Source: Deltaproteobacteria bacterium (GTDB lineage: Bacteria; Myxococcota_A; Polyangia; Polyangiales; Houyiibacteriaceae). From it: a stretch of DNA of 64,000 bases. The translations under genes were made by a program, and so were the position numbers. Shown in pieces: positions 9,187 through 22,100 of this stretch; the first letter of the stretch is position 1, and each line of letters opens with the position of its first letter. The notes below the pieces were generated by a model that saw only the letters and a list, made by a program, of their open reading frames with translations, was not told the DNA's origin and did not search any database. Location: the NCBI GenBank assembly GCA_034670305.1, contig JAXMNT010000031.1:28876-92875 (forward strand), given 5' to 3'.

Positions 9187-10437
9187 CTACAAGAACGTCT
9201 GACCGAGCCCTCGGTAGGTCTTGGCTTCGCCGACGACCCGCCCATCGGCCAACAGGGTGAGGGCATCGAAGCGCTCGCAGAGTTCTCCGGCCTTGCAGTG
9301 ACGGAAGAACACCGGGTCGCCGATCCCGAGTTCGAGTCCCGGCGGAACCTGCAGTGGGGTCTGCACCTCGCCGGCGCCTTCCGCCTCGAGCAGCGACAGG
9401 CCCGCGGGCAAGTAGGGGCTCGGCAACCGGGACGGGTCCGCCGCGCCCGAAGCGATGTACCCGCCACCGAGACAGGTCACGATCGAATCGGTGGGTCGGC
9501 GCACGACGGGGAGCACGAAGCCCGCGGCCGGCTCGTGCCGAAACGAGTCGAACCCATCGAAGCTGGTCGGCACGAAGACGCCGCTGCCGGCGCTGACCTC
9601 GGTCACGCTCGGATCCCCCGCGGTGGACTCGAGGCTGCCGGTGCCGCCACCGTTGACGAACCGAATCGGGTGACCGTCGGTTCGCAGCGCGTCCACGATC
9701 GCCTTTCGTCGCGTCCGCACGAGTCCGATCGAACGTTTCTTGAGCTGGCGTACGATTCGGTCGAACACCCAGCGACCGGTGCGGTCGGGGAGCCCCGCGA
9801 TCTGCGCCTCGTACCCCATGACCCCTTCGAGGCGCACCCCGCGGGTGCGATGTACGGCCTGCCCGATCGCGCGCGCGTCTTCGACCTCGGTCACGGGCGA
9901 ACGGCGCACGCCAAAGTGGAGCAGCGACGTTGGAAGTGTGTCCCGCCCGATGCCCCCGAACGCAGCGCGCAAGGGAACCACCGAGAGCGACATGTCGACG
10001 TCGAGGCAGACGGGCACGTCGAGGGAGCGAGCGAACGCGAGCGCGCCAATGCGTTCGACGTGTTCGATCGAGTCCACCATCAACGTGATGTTCGCGCCGA
10101 CTTCGATCCGGTCGAGCGCCGCTTCGAGCTCCGCCGCGTCGACGTTCGGGTACGCGACGACGATGTCGTCGATGCCAAAGTGTTCGTGTAAGAACGCTGC
10201 CTCACCCGGCGTGAATCCCAAGACGCCCCGGTACGCGGGGTGCTCGAGCACGCGCAAGATCAACTCCGGGCAGCGAAGGCTCTTGCTGGCGATCCGGATG
10301 GGCCGACCGGCGGCACGCTGGGCCATGGCCTCCAGGTTGCGGTCGATGCGTTCGAGGTCCGCCCAGGCGAGCGGCAACCGGCGACCCGCGATCCACTGCC
10401 GGTACGCGTCGTAGAGCGCCGCGAGGTCGGTGGACAC
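9187..10437 (-). CDS. PLP-dependent alanine-racemase-fold amino acid deaminase/aldolase (DSD1/D-threonine aldolase-like)
   Basis: IRIASKSLRC, GVMGYEAQIAG, FVNGGGTGS, TEVSAGSG, EGAGEVQTP, FRHCKAGELCERF; GTG start inferred. Confidence 0.88.
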   Translation of the reverse strand: MSTDLAALYDAYRQWIAGRRLPLAWADLERIDRNLEAMAQRAAGRPIRIASKSLRCPELILRVLEHPAYRGVLGFTPGEAAFLHEHFGIDDIVVAYPNVDAAELEAALDRIEVGANITLMVDSIEHVERIGALAFARSLDVPVCLDVDMSLSVVPLRAAFGGIGRDTLPTSLLHFGVRRSPVTEVEDARAIGQAVHRTRGVRLEGVMGYEAQIAGLPDRTGRWVFDRIVRQLKKRSIGLVRTRRKAIVDALRTDGHPIRFVNGGGTGSLESTAGDPSVTEVSAGSGVFVPTSFDGFDSFRHEPAAGFVLPVVRRPTDSIVTCLGGGYIASGAADPSRLPSPYLPAGLSLLEAEGAGEVQTPLQVPPGLELGIGDPVFFRHCKAGELCERFDALTLLADGRVVGEAKTYRGLGQTFL

Positions 10438-10442
10438 GACCG

Positions 10443-10811
10443 CTAGCGCTCGGAGGGCACTTCGATGAGGAGGGAAGCAGAGCGCGTCACCCCGTCTTGG
10501 TCCTGTGCCCGAAACTCCATCGTGCCGGGGAGGGTCGGCACGTCGATCGTGACCACCGGATCGTCGAACACGGTGATGAACCCGTAGTTGGTCTCTACTG
10601 GCTGGAGCAACCGCACTTCGAGGATCTCGTCTCGCTCGAACCCGCACGCCTCGATGACGAGGGTGACCTCGTCCCGTTCGACGACGGTCCCTGGACTCGG
10701 ACTCAGAAAACGCACGCTTCGGTCCGAACACGTCTCGGCGTCTCCGCAGCCTGCCGCGGACAGCGCGAGCGCAACCACGAGTGCGGCCCGCAGGGATGGG
10801 AAAGGAGTCAT
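10443..10811 (-). CDS. Small hypothetical lipoprotein
   Basis: MTPFPSLRAALVVALALSAAGC lipoprotein signal; beta-rich body; starts just downstream of purF. Confidence 0.65.
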   Translation of the reverse strand: MTPFPSLRAALVVALALSAAGCGDAETCSDRSVRFLSPSPGTVVERDEVTLVIEACGFERDEILEVRLLQPVETNYGFITVFDDPVVTIDVPTLPGTMEFRAQDQDGVTRSASLLIEVPSER

Positions 10812-10818
10812 CGCGCCA

Positions 10819-12252
10819 TCATACGCCAACCAGCGGGAGCTGGCGGCGGGCGTGCTTGGCTTCGATCGGGATCGGGTAGTTGCCGCTGAAACACGCGTCG
10901 CAGTAGCCCTTGCCGCCGACCCCGCGGCGGAGCCCTTCGATCGAGAGGTACCCGAGTGAATCGGCGGTGACGAACTTCGCGATGTCTTCCGGAGGATGTC
11001 GGCTCGCGATGAGCTCGTCCCGACTCGGGGTGTCGATGCCGTAGAAACAGGGCCACTGGGTGGGCGGTGAGCTGATCCGGAGATGCACCTCGGCCGCGCC
11101 GGCATCGCGCAACATCTTCACGATCTTGCGGCTCGTCGTACCGCGCACGATCGAGTCGTCGACGACGGCGACACGCTTGCCCCTCAAGAGATCCGGCACC
11201 GGATGAAGTTTCAGCCGCACACCGAAGTGGCGGATGGACTGCGAGGGTTCGATGAACGTGCGGCCGACGTAGTGGCTGCGGATGAGCCCCATCTCGTAGG
11301 GGATGCCGGTGTGCTTCGCGAATCCGAGCGCTGCGGCGGTGCCGCTGTCCGGCACGGGGATCACCATGTCCGCTTCCACCGGCTGTTCTTCGGCCAGCAC
11401 CGCGCCGAGGCGTTTGCGCGCTTCGTAGACACTGATCCCGTCGAACGAGCTGTCGGGGCGCGCGAAGTACACGTACTCGAAGATGCACATCTTCCGCGGC
11501 TCCTTCTCGAAGGGGCGCAGTGAGCGCATGCCGAACTTGTTCGCGACGATCATCTCGCCCGGTTCGACGTCGCGCACGTACTCCGCTCCGATGAGCTGGA
11601 AGGCGGGTGGTTCGCTCGCGACCACCGTCGCGTCGCCTTTGCGCCCGAGACACAGTGGGCGGAATCCGTTCGGGTCGCGGACCGCGACGAGTTCTTCTGG
11701 AGACAAAAAGACCAGCGAGTAGGCGCCGTGCACTTGGCTCAGGGCGTCGGCGACGCGGTCCACCATGGTCTCCGCTTGGCTGCGTGCGATCAGGTGAACG
11801 AAGACCTCCGTGTCGCTCGACGACGAGAAGATCGAGCCCTTCGCTTCCAGCTCCTCTCGCAGGCGGTCGCCGTCGACGAGGTTGCCGTTGTGCGCGACTG
11901 CGATGCTTCCGTGACCGCAGTCCACTGCGATGGGCTGCGCGTTCTCGATGCGGCTTCCACCCGCGGTCGAGTAGCGCACATGACCGATGGCCGCGCTTCC
12001 GGGCAGGTTCTCGATGGTGGTGGCGGTGAACACGTCCTGCACGAGGCCGAGGCCCCGGTGTACGAAGAGCTGTTCGCCGTTGGAGCTCGTGATGCCGGCG
12101 GCTTCTTGGCCACGGTGCTGCAGCGAGTGCAGCCCGAGGTAGGTCAGGTTCGCCGCCTCGTCGTCTCCAAACACTCCGAACACGCCGCATTGGTCGTGGA
12201 AGTGATCGTCCAGAACGTCTTCGTCATCCGCGAAAGGAGGGAAGTCGGCCAC
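10819..12252 (-). CDS. purF: Amidophosphoribosyltransferase
   Basis: Propeptide then [62 protein letters not shown]. Confidence 0.97.
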   Translation of the reverse strand: MADFPPFADDEDVLDDHFHDQCGVFGVFGDDEAANLTYLGLHSLQHRGQEAAGITSSNGEQLFVHRGLGLVQDVFTATTIENLPGSAAIGHVRYSTAGGSRIENAQPIAVDCGHGSIAVAHNGNLVDGDRLREELEAKGSIFSSSSDTEVFVHLIARSQAETMVDRVADALSQVHGAYSLVFLSPEELVAVRDPNGFRPLCLGRKGDATVVASEPPAFQLIGAEYVRDVEPGEMIVANKFGMRSLRPFEKEPRKMCIFEYVYFARPDSSFDGISVYEARKRLGAVLAEEQPVEADMVIPVPDSGTAAALGFAKHTGIPYEMGLIRSHYVGRTFIEPSQSIRHFGVRLKLHPVPDLLRGKRVAVVDDSIVRGTTSRKIVKMLRDAGAAEVHLRISSPPTQWPCFYGIDTPSRDELIASRHPPEDIAKFVTADSLGYLSIEGLRRGVGGKGYCDACFSGNYPIPIEAKHARRQLPLVGV

Positions 12253-12295
12253 GGGCGGGAGTGTGCCTGTTTGTCCGGCGGGGGCAAGGGGCGAG

Positions 12296-12612
12296 GGGCC
12301 GAAGCCGAGGGGCCGAAGCCCGAAGCCGACAGCGACGCCGAAGCCGAAGCCGACGCCGAAGCCGACGGCGACGCCGACGCCGAAGCCGACGCCGAAGCCG
12401 AAACCGACGCCGAAGCCGAAGCCGACGCCGAAGGCGACGCCGAAGGCGACGCCGAAGGCGACGCCGAAGGCGACGCCGAAGCCGATGCCGAGAACCGACG
12501 CCGAGAACCGATGCCGAGAACCGATGCCGAGAACCGATGCCGAAGACCGATGGCGTAGAACCGACGCCGAAAACCGATGCGACGCTGACGCCGAAGCCGA
12601 AAACCGATGCCG
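12296..12612. repeat. Intergenic hexamer array (GCCGAA/GCCGAC) grading into 13-bp CCGATGCCGAGAA units
   Basis: Directly visible between the divergent purF and HupE/UreJ genes. Confidence 0.95.
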
Positions 12613-12666
12613 ACGTGGATCCGGGACCGCTGGGCAGGGGATTGGGGGGCGTGGTAGGTCAGCGGC

Positions 12667-13776
12667 ATGAAGTTTCGACGCAACCGTGTGGGGTCGGTGT
12701 GGCTCGCATCGGCGTTGCTGGCGGCGGTGCTCGCAGTGCTCGTGCCCTCCGTGACGGCGCATGCGCACCTCGGCAGCCGCAAGTACGTCCGGGTGGAACC
12801 GGGGCAGGGTGGGGCGGCGGTGGAGGTGGAGGTCGAGGCGGTGGATGCGTCCATGCAGCTCGATCTCGGCGAGGACGTCGACCTCGACGCACTGCGCGCC
12901 CGCGCACCCGCCATCAAGCAGTGGCTCTCGCAGGGCATCGCGCTCACGTCGGAGGGTGGGGACTGCACCGTGGAGGCTGGGGACCCGGAGATGACGGTGC
13001 GGGACGAGACGCCCTTCGTACGGGTGATGCTCCAGTTCAGCTGTCCCAGTCAGGAAGGGCTGGTGCTGACCGACGACACCATCTTCCCGGACGACGTGCA
13101 GCACGAGGCGATGGTGCGCATCGCGTTCGGCGCCGACGAAGACGCGCACGTGTTGCGGCGCGGCAGCCGCGAGCTCCCGATCGAACCCGTCTCGGCGATG
13201 ACGGTCGCGGGCACCTTCCTGTGGGAGGGGGTGCTTCACTTCGCGCTCGGGTTCGACCACGTCCTGTTTCTGCTCTCGCTCGTGCTGGCCGCCGGGTTCG
13301 TCAGCCGCAAGGAAGGCGTCAAGCGCGCGCTGCGCGATGTGGCCATCCTGGTGACGGCGTTCACGCTCGGACACAGCGTCACGCTGATCGCGGCGGCGCT
13401 GCAGTACGTGGTCTTACCGTCGCAGCCCGTCGAAATCGTCATCGCGGCATCGATCGCAGTCGTCGCCGTGATGAACATCGTGCGCCCCGAACACCGCGGC
13501 GCGCTGCCCTGGCTCGCGGGCGGATTCGGGTTGATCCACGGCTTCGGGTTCTCCTCGGTGTTGGCCGAGCTCGGTTTGCCGGCGGAGCAGAACGTCCTGG
13601 CGCTCGTGTGTTTCAACGTCGGCATCGAGCTGGCGCAGCTCGCCTTCGTCGCCATCGTGATGGGCCCCATCGCGTGGGCGGCCAAACAGTCCGGCTACAA
13701 ACGGTTCGTCCAGGTCGCATCCGCGCTCATCGGCCTCCTCGCATTGTTCTGGGTCGTCGAACGCGTGATGGGCTGA
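12667..13776 (+). CDS. HupE/UreJ family protein with N-terminal extracytoplasmic domain
   Basis: Signal peptide ending [42 protein letters not shown]. Confidence 0.9.
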   Translation: MKFRRNRVGSVWLASALLAAVLAVLVPSVTAHAHLGSRKYVRVEPGQGGAAVEVEVEAVDASMQLDLGEDVDLDALRARAPAIKQWLSQGIALTSEGGDCTVEAGDPEMTVRDETPFVRVMLQFSCPSQEGLVLTDDTIFPDDVQHEAMVRIAFGADEDAHVLRRGSRELPIEPVSAMTVAGTFLWEGVLHFALGFDHVLFLLSLVLAAGFVSRKEGVKRALRDVAILVTAFTLGHSVTLIAAALQYVVLPSQPVEIVIAASIAVVAVMNIVRPEHRGALPWLAGGFGLIHGFGFSSVLAELGLPAEQNVLALVCFNVGIELAQLAFVAIVMGPIAWAAKQSGYKRFVQVASALIGLLALFWVVERVMG

Positions 13777-13779
13777 GGC

Positions 13780-15930
13780 GTGCGCAGTCGCTGGTTCCAC
13801 GTTCCGCTGCTCCACTCGCACGGGGCCCTCGAGAAGAAGGTCACGTGGCTCGAACTCTTCTACGACCTGATCTTCGTCGCCGCGTTCATCCAGCTCGGCA
13901 ACGGCCTCTCCGAGCACGTCGACGGCACCGGCGTGCTCGTGTTCTGCGGTGTGTTCGTCCCGCTCTGGACCGCGTGGACCGGTTTCACGTTCTTCGCGAA
14001 CCGGTTCACGGTCGACGACATCCTGCACCGCGTGATGGTGTTCCTGCAGATGTTCGCGGTGGGCGGCATGGCGTTGTCCGCGCCGGAGGTTCTCCGCGGA
14101 CAACACGTCCCCTTCGCACTCGCGACGGCCGGCGCCCTCTTCATCATCGCGCTGCTGCACTACCGGGTGCATCAGCAAACCGAAGAAGGGCGGGACTACT
14201 GCTTCTTCTGGGGCGGCGTGTTCCTCGTGAGTTCGATCGGCTGGCTCGCCAGTGCGTTCGTGATGGCGCACATCGCCTACTGGATCTGGGCGGGCGCGAC
14301 CGTGACCATCCTCGGCGCCCCGATGCATCGGCGGTCCCGCGAACTCGCGGAGCGCTACCCGATCGACTTCGAACACCTCGGTGAGCGCTACGGCCTGCTC
14401 ACCCTGATCGTGCTCGGCGAGTCCTTCGTGAAGGTGCTCTCGCTGCTGGCCGCGGAGGGCGCGGGGCTCGATGTCTACGCCCAGGCCGCCGTCGTTCTGC
14501 TCGTCACGTGCGGCGTCTGGTGGGTCTACTTCGACGATGTCGCCGGCGCGCACGTGCGCAAGGGGCCGGCCAAGTGGGTCGTGTGGCTCTACGCGCACCT
14601 GCCCCTGCAAGCGGCGATCGTGGCCACCGGCGTGGCCCTCAAGAAGGCGGTGCACTTCACCTGGGACGAGCCGGCCGGCGCAGGCTACCGGTGGCTGCTC
14701 GCAGGGGCGGTCGCGCTGGTGTTCTTCGCGGTCGCCATGGTGGACTCGGTCACCGAGCGGAAGTCGGCGGAGCTGAGCGATCGGGCCCGGATCAACGTGC
14801 GCTGGATCAGCGGCGTGTTGCTTCTCGTGCTGGCGCCCGCGGGCAACCTGATGAGCGGGGGGCTGTTCTTGGCCCTGCTCACGGGCGTGGTCATCACCCA
14901 GGTGATCCTCGACGTCGCGATGGCGCCGTTCGAGGAGAACGAGCACTCCGAGGAGCGCCTCGGCGCCCGGTCCCTGGCGGACCGAGTCCAGTCCGGCGAA
15001 GCCCTGCCGGTCCGCCGCGATCTGACCGAGTCCGTGCGCAAAGGCACCCCCTCGGCGATGCGGCGGGATCTCTACTTCTATTTCATGGAAGGCAGCTGGG
15101 GACGCATCTTCGTCGCGTTCTTGATCGTGTTCCTGGTGACCAACATCTTCTTCGGGGCGCTCTACGCGCTCGAGCCGGGGGCCGTCGCGGGCGTCGATAC
15201 GTTTGGAGACGCGTTCTTCTTCAGCGTGCAGACGATGTCGACCATCGGCTACGGCGCGCTCTCTCCGGAGACTGCGTATGGCAACGCGGTGGTCACGGCG
15301 GAGGCGGCCATCGGCATCATCGGGGTGGCCATCGTCACTGGGCTCGTGTTCGCCAAAGCATCCCGCGCGACCTCGTCGGTGCTCTTCAGCAACGTGGTCA
15401 CGATCCACACCCACCACGGCAAACCGACGCTCAGCTTTCGCGCGGGCAACGCCCGGGGCAACGAGGTGGTGGATGCGACGGTCAGCATCACGCTGGTCAA
15501 AGACGTGATGACACCGGAGGGGCTGCACCTGCGGAAGCTCTTCGATGTGCTGCCGACGCGGGCTCGGTCCCCACTCTTCGTGCTCAGCTGGCAGATCATG
15601 CATCCCATCGAAGGGGACAGTCCGTTGATCGACGTCGACTGGGATGCGCCGGAAGGACAGATCATCGCGCTCATCGTGACGATCATGGGGCACGACGGGA
15701 CCTACGCGCAGACGATCCACGCGCGCCACACGTACTACCCGGAGGACTTCCGGGTCGGCCACCGTTTCGTCGACGTGATCAGCCAGCTCGACGACGGCCG
15801 GCTGCAAGTCGACTACGGCGCGTTCCACGACACCACTGCGCTTCCCACAGACAGCACTGCGCTTCCCACAGACAGCACTGCGCTTCCCAAAGACAGCACC
15901 GAGGGGACCGTGCGTCCCGAGGAGGAGTAG
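13780..15930 (+). CDS. LtrA (low temperature requirement A) domain fused to a KirBac-type inward rectifier K+ channel
   Basis: N-terminal VTWLELFYDLIFV and ERYGLLTLIVLGES; C-terminal DAFFFSVQTMSTIGYG filter, GKPTLSFRAGNARGN, SWQIMHPIEGDSPL. Confidence 0.88.
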   Translation: MRSRWFHVPLLHSHGALEKKVTWLELFYDLIFVAAFIQLGNGLSEHVDGTGVLVFCGVFVPLWTAWTGFTFFANRFTVDDILHRVMVFLQMFAVGGMALSAPEVLRGQHVPFALATAGALFIIALLHYRVHQQTEEGRDYCFFWGGVFLVSSIGWLASAFVMAHIAYWIWAGATVTILGAPMHRRSRELAERYPIDFEHLGERYGLLTLIVLGESFVKVLSLLAAEGAGLDVYAQAAVVLLVTCGVWWVYFDDVAGAHVRKGPAKWVVWLYAHLPLQAAIVATGVALKKAVHFTWDEPAGAGYRWLLAGAVALVFFAVAMVDSVTERKSAELSDRARINVRWISGVLLLVLAPAGNLMSGGLFLALLTGVVITQVILDVAMAPFEENEHSEERLGARSLADRVQSGEALPVRRDLTESVRKGTPSAMRRDLYFYFMEGSWGRIFVAFLIVFLVTNIFFGALYALEPGAVAGVDTFGDAFFFSVQTMSTIGYGALSPETAYGNAVVTAEAAIGIIGVAIVTGLVFAKASRATSSVLFSNVVTIHTHHGKPTLSFRAGNARGNEVVDATVSITLVKDVMTPEGLHLRKLFDVLPTRARSPLFVLSWQIMHPIEGDSPLIDVDWDAPEGQIIALIVTIMGHDGTYAQTIHARHTYYPEDFRVGHRFVDVISQLDDGRLQVDYGAFHDTTALPTDSTALPTDSTALPKDSTEGTVRPEEE
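15834..15899 (+). repeat. 21-bp tandem repeat x3 (CACTGCGCTTCCCACAGACAG) encoding TALPTDS
   Basis: Directly visible at the 3' end of the channel gene. Confidence 0.95.
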
Positions 15931-15975
15931 TAGCCTGTCGCTCGGTTTTGATTCGGCGACACGGTAGACTCGGCC

Positions 15976-18039
15976 ATGCACAGCTTGGCCCGCCTGGTTC
16001 TCGTTCTCTGCTTGGGCCTCGTGGCCTGTGACCCGTCGCCGGGCGGCGACGCCGACGCCGGGCGAAGGGACGCCCTCACCGACGCACGCATCGCGCAGCC
16101 GGACGAGGACGGCGACTTCATCTCCGATGCCGACGAAGGGCGCGCCGACGGTGTGGACACCGACGCCGATGGCGTTCCGGACTTCCAGGACCTGGATTCG
16201 GACGGAGATGGCTTCTCCGATGCGGAGGAAGCCGGCGACGAAGACACCGGGACGCCGCCTCGCGACTCGGACTCCGACGGCGTGCCGGACTACCGCGACC
16301 TCGACTCCGACGGCAACGGCATCGAAGACCGGGTGGAGGGCGGCGCCGACACCGACGGCGACGGAGTGCCGGACTACGCGGACCTGGACGACGACGGAGA
16401 CTTCCTCAGCGATGTGGACGAGATCGCGGGCAACGTGGGCAGCCCGCCGGACTACGACGGAGATGGGCTCCCCGACTTCCGCGACACGGACTCCGACGAC
16501 GACACCATCGCCGACCGGAACGAAGGCGCGCTCGACACGGATGGGGACGGCATCGCGGACCGCTTCGACCTCGACTCCGACAACGACACCCTGACCGACG
16601 CCATCGAGGCGGGAGACTCCGACGTGGCGACCCCGCCGGTGGACACCGACGGCGACGGACTCGCTGACTACCGCGATCCGGATTCCGACAACGACGGCTT
16701 GGCGGACGAGGTGGAGGTTCGGTTCGGCACCGATCCGACCCTGGTCGACACCGACGGCGACGGAGTGTCCGACCTCATCGAGTTCGCGGCGGGCAGCGAC
16801 GGGACGGACCCGCTCGACAGCCCGCGCACCGCAGGCGACTTCGTCTTCGAGGTGCCGTTCGAAGAGACCCCGCGCCCCGAGCGCGACACGCTTCAGTTCC
16901 GGACCAACATTCGCTCCGCGGACATCTACTTCTCGTTCGATACCTCGACCACGATGATCCAGGAGATGAACGCGATGCGGGACCCGGTCACCGGCGTGCC
17001 GGCGATCCTGAATGAACTCCTCTGCACCGAGACCGCCACCGCGTGCGAAGAAGACGACGACTGCGGCGCCGCCGAGGTGTGCGGGGTGCGCGGCATGTGC
17101 GCGGAAGATCCCGAGGTGGATGGCTGCTTGCTCGATGTGAACACCGGCGTCGGCCAGTGGCACCACATCGACACGTTCCAGAACCTCCTCTCGCTGCAAC
17201 CGGATCCGATGGCCACCGCCAGCGCGATCCCGAGTGCGCCGGACTGGTTCGTTGCGCCGGTGCAAGCAGCGGCGTGTGCCGCCGACCCCACGAACTGCAC
17301 AAACACCGGCACGCTCTCGTGCGCAGCATCCGGGGTGGGTTGCCCAGGGTACCGCGAAGACGCGGTGCGCATCTACGTGCACGTCTCCGATGCGAACAAC
17401 GAGTGCCGCTGCGGCGTCGAACGCAGCTCCTGCGGTGCGGGCGGCGCACCGGCGCGCTGTGGCATGTTCACGACCGCCTTCGCAGGCGCGGAGCTGGCCC
17501 GGCAAGGGATCAAGTTCATTGGACTCATCGGCGTCGGAACAGCGTTCGGGGATGGAACCGCGACCGGCATCGCCGAGGAGATGGGGCGCGCCTCGGGCAG
17601 CCTCGACGCGGCGGGCGATCCATTCGTCTACCCAGCGAACGACGCGGCCGTCGTGTCCCGCACGGTGGACGCGGTGCGGACGGTGGTGACGGAGACGCGG
17701 TTCGACATCACGATCGAAGCGACCGATCTGCCCGACGACGCGGGCGACTCACTTCAGTTCATCGAGCGGCTCGAAATCAACGAGACGGGCGCCGGCTGCA
17801 CCAGCGGCCTCATGACCCGCGACGACGACGGCGACACCTTCGACGACGCGTTCGTTCAGGTCGAACCAGGCGTACGCGTCTGCTGGGACGTCGTCGTCCG
17901 CCAGAACGACAGCGTCCCCCCGACCCGCGAACCCCAGGTCTTCCGCGCCCGCCTCACGGTCTACGCGGACGGCTCCGAAGTGGACGGCCGCACCGTGTAC
18001 TTCCTGGTGCCCGCCGACGTGGACCTGCCCATCATCTGA
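15976..18039 (+). CDS. Lipoprotein with DxDxDG calcium-binding (TSP3-like) repeats and VWA-like domain (CglD-like architecture)
   Basis: Lipobox LVAC; many DxDxDG..D..D.DSD repeats; [18 protein letters not shown]-like strand; Cys-rich inserts. Confidence 0.78.
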   Translation: MHSLARLVLVLCLGLVACDPSPGGDADAGRRDALTDARIAQPDEDGDFISDADEGRADGVDTDADGVPDFQDLDSDGDGFSDAEEAGDEDTGTPPRDSDSDGVPDYRDLDSDGNGIEDRVEGGADTDGDGVPDYADLDDDGDFLSDVDEIAGNVGSPPDYDGDGLPDFRDTDSDDDTIADRNEGALDTDGDGIADRFDLDSDNDTLTDAIEAGDSDVATPPVDTDGDGLADYRDPDSDNDGLADEVEVRFGTDPTLVDTDGDGVSDLIEFAAGSDGTDPLDSPRTAGDFVFEVPFEETPRPERDTLQFRTNIRSADIYFSFDTSTTMIQEMNAMRDPVTGVPAILNELLCTETATACEEDDDCGAAEVCGVRGMCAEDPEVDGCLLDVNTGVGQWHHIDTFQNLLSLQPDPMATASAIPSAPDWFVAPVQAAACAADPTNCTNTGTLSCAASGVGCPGYREDAVRIYVHVSDANNECRCGVERSSCGAGGAPARCGMFTTAFAGAELARQGIKFIGLIGVGTAFGDGTATGIAEEMGRASGSLDAAGDPFVYPANDAAVVSRTVDAVRTVVTETRFDITIEATDLPDDAGDSLQFIERLEINETGAGCTSGLMTRDDDGDTFDDAFVQVEPGVRVCWDVVVRQNDSVPPTREPQVFRARLTVYADGSEVDGRTVYFLVPADVDLPII

Positions 18040-18052
18040 GCGGAGCTGCAGC

Positions 18053-18191
18053 CGTCGGGATCGGCATCGGCATCGGCATCGGGATCGGCATCGGCTTCGG
18101 CTTCGGCGTCGGCATCGGCGTCGGCGTCGGCTTCGGCATCGGCATCGGCTTCGGCGTCGGCTTCGGCGTCGGCTTCGGCGTCGGCTTCGGA
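18053..18191. repeat. Intergenic (TCGGCN)n hexamer array
   Basis: Directly visible between convergent genes. Confidence 0.95.
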
Positions 18192-18219
18192 AGCGGCCAC
18201 AGCCCCGCCCCTCACCCAG

Positions 18220-18275
18220 AGGGCAAGGGCAAGGGCACGGGCAAGGGCACGGGGGGAGAAGTCTTCGACTTCTCC

Positions 18276-18276
<1 letters not shown>
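18220..18276 (-). terminator. Hairpin GGGAGAAGTC-GAA-GACTTCTCCC followed by (CCCGTG/CCCTTG)n after the katG stop; possible terminator or 3' element
   Basis: Perfect 10-bp stem at 18254-18276 abutting the stop codon; no U-tract. Confidence 0.5.
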
Positions 18277-20468
<2,192 letters not shown>

Positions 20469-20541
20469 TCAGCCCCAGGTCCGCGGGACGGTCTCACACC
20501 AACAGGGGCTCCGTCACCCCCGCGCCCAAGGCCGCCAACCA

Positions 20542-20819
20542 CGGGCACGGGCACGCGCACGGGCACGGTCTCCTCCGGATTCGACTCCGGCGTCAGCCTC
20601 GGCCTCGGCTTCGGCGTCGGCTTCGGCCTCGGCTCCAGCGTCGGCCTCGGCTCCGGCGTCGGCTTCGGCGTCGGCCTCGGCCTCGGCTTCGGCGTCCGGC
20701 GTCCGGCGTCGGCTTCGGCTTCGGCGTCGGCTCCGGCTTCGGCTTCGGCCTCGGCGTCGGCCTCGGCTTCGGCCTCGGCTTCGGCTTCGGCTCCGGCTCC
20801 GGCGTCGGCGTCGGCCTCA
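20542..20819. repeat. Short (GGGCAC)n tract plus long (TCGGCN)n hexamer array
   Basis: Directly visible in the intergenic region. Confidence 0.93.
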
Positions 20820-20846
20820 GTTCAGCGGCTCAGAGAATCAAAGAGA

Positions 20847-22007
20847 TCAGAGCGTGTCGCAGACGCCATATTCCCGCCCGTCGAACACGAGCGGGGTCAT
20901 GAAGCCGTAGCACGCGGACCCCGCGCCGCAGATGCCACCGACGGTGCCGGGGGTCAGACACCAGCGCAGGCACTGGGAGGTGGGGCTGCCGATGCAACCG
21001 AAGCCGACTTGGCAATCGCCGTCGTCGGTGCAGGTGCCGCCTTGGCCGGTCGCTCCGGGCGGGCCCTGGCAGTCGGTCAGAACGCGGCCGCTCATCTCGG
21101 TGAAGAACCCGCAGTAGGTGCCGGCCGGGCACCCGGCGTTGGTCGACGGATCGCAGTGGCGCGTGCAGACGGTGTCGGTGCTGCCGGTGATGTTCACGAG
21201 GCAGCGCGAGCCGGCGCCCGAGCAGTCGCCGTGACCGTCGCAGAAGTGTTTGCACATCGGGAGGTTCATCCCGGCGGTGGCGTGCACGTTCACGCACAGG
21301 TTGCCGGGCGAACAGATGTCCGAGTCGCAACGATCGCCTTCCGCGGACGTGCCGGCCGGGAAGCAGGTGCGGGCGCCGGTGCCGTCGAGGTAGCAGCCCT
21401 GCATCGACGGGCAGCCGCACTGAGGCGAGACGGTCCGGCAGGGGCTCTCCGAGCAGGTGGCGTCGCGGCAACCGACCGTCGGGTCGCACGTCAGCGGCGC
21501 AACACACATCGAGTCCTCGGCCGTGAACACGCAGACGCCGTCGACACACTCATCGACCGTGCACGAGACCCCGTCGGAGCACACCACCGGCGTGCCCGCG
21601 CGGCAGCCACCCGAGACACAGGTTTCGATGCCGTTGCAGTCGTTGCCGTCATCGCAGTCGGCGGGGCCGACGCAGCCCGCGTCGCTCGGCGCGTCGGTGC
21701 CTGCGTCGGTGGGCATCGGTCCGCTGTCGACACCGCCAGCGTCCACATCGGAACCGGCGTCGTCGTCCGGGCCGGCGTCTTCGTCCGGTGCGGCGTCCTC
21801 TGGCACCGATGCGTCGTCGAGGACCGGCGCGTCCTCACCGCTCGGCGCGTCGTCTTGTTCGGGCGCGTCCTCGAGCAGCGGCGCATCCGCGGCGCCGACG
21901 TCCGCGCTCGACGCATCCTGTCCTGCATCGCGTGGGGTCGTGGGCGTTCCACCCGCCGCACACCCAACCAGAGCCATCGCACAACCGCACACCAAGAAAT
22001 AACGCAT
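20847..22007 (-). CDS. Cys-rich lipoprotein (myxobacterial disulfide-rich repeats)
   Basis: MRYFLVCGCAMALVGC lipobox; DAG-rich linker; CDDGNDCNGIETC and CSDGVSCTVDEC repeats. Confidence 0.8.
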   Translation of the reverse strand: MRYFLVCGCAMALVGCAAGGTPTTPRDAGQDASSADVGAADAPLLEDAPEQDDAPSGEDAPVLDDASVPEDAAPDEDAGPDDDAGSDVDAGGVDSGPMPTDAGTDAPSDAGCVGPADCDDGNDCNGIETCVSGGCRAGTPVVCSDGVSCTVDECVDGVCVFTAEDSMCVAPLTCDPTVGCRDATCSESPCRTVSPQCGCPSMQGCYLDGTGARTCFPAGTSAEGDRCDSDICSPGNLCVNVHATAGMNLPMCKHFCDGHGDCSGAGSRCLVNITGSTDTVCTRHCDPSTNAGCPAGTYCGFFTEMSGRVLTDCQGPPGATGQGGTCTDDGDCQVGFGCIGSPTSQCLRWCLTPGTVGGICGAGSACYGFMTPLVFDGREYGVCDTL

Positions 22008-22100
22008 CACATGCTCCCCACGCCCCACCCTACGAGAGGGCCGGGGGCCGATCAATGCGCGGCCTGGAACCACCCGCGCGCCGTGATCTAGTATCGCGCC

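Noticed and set aside
10819-13374. 851-aa N-terminally extended PurF from the ORF track
   Set aside because: The extension is read-through across a stop-free repeat array and antisense to the HupE/UreJ gene; PurF needs its Cys close to the N-terminus
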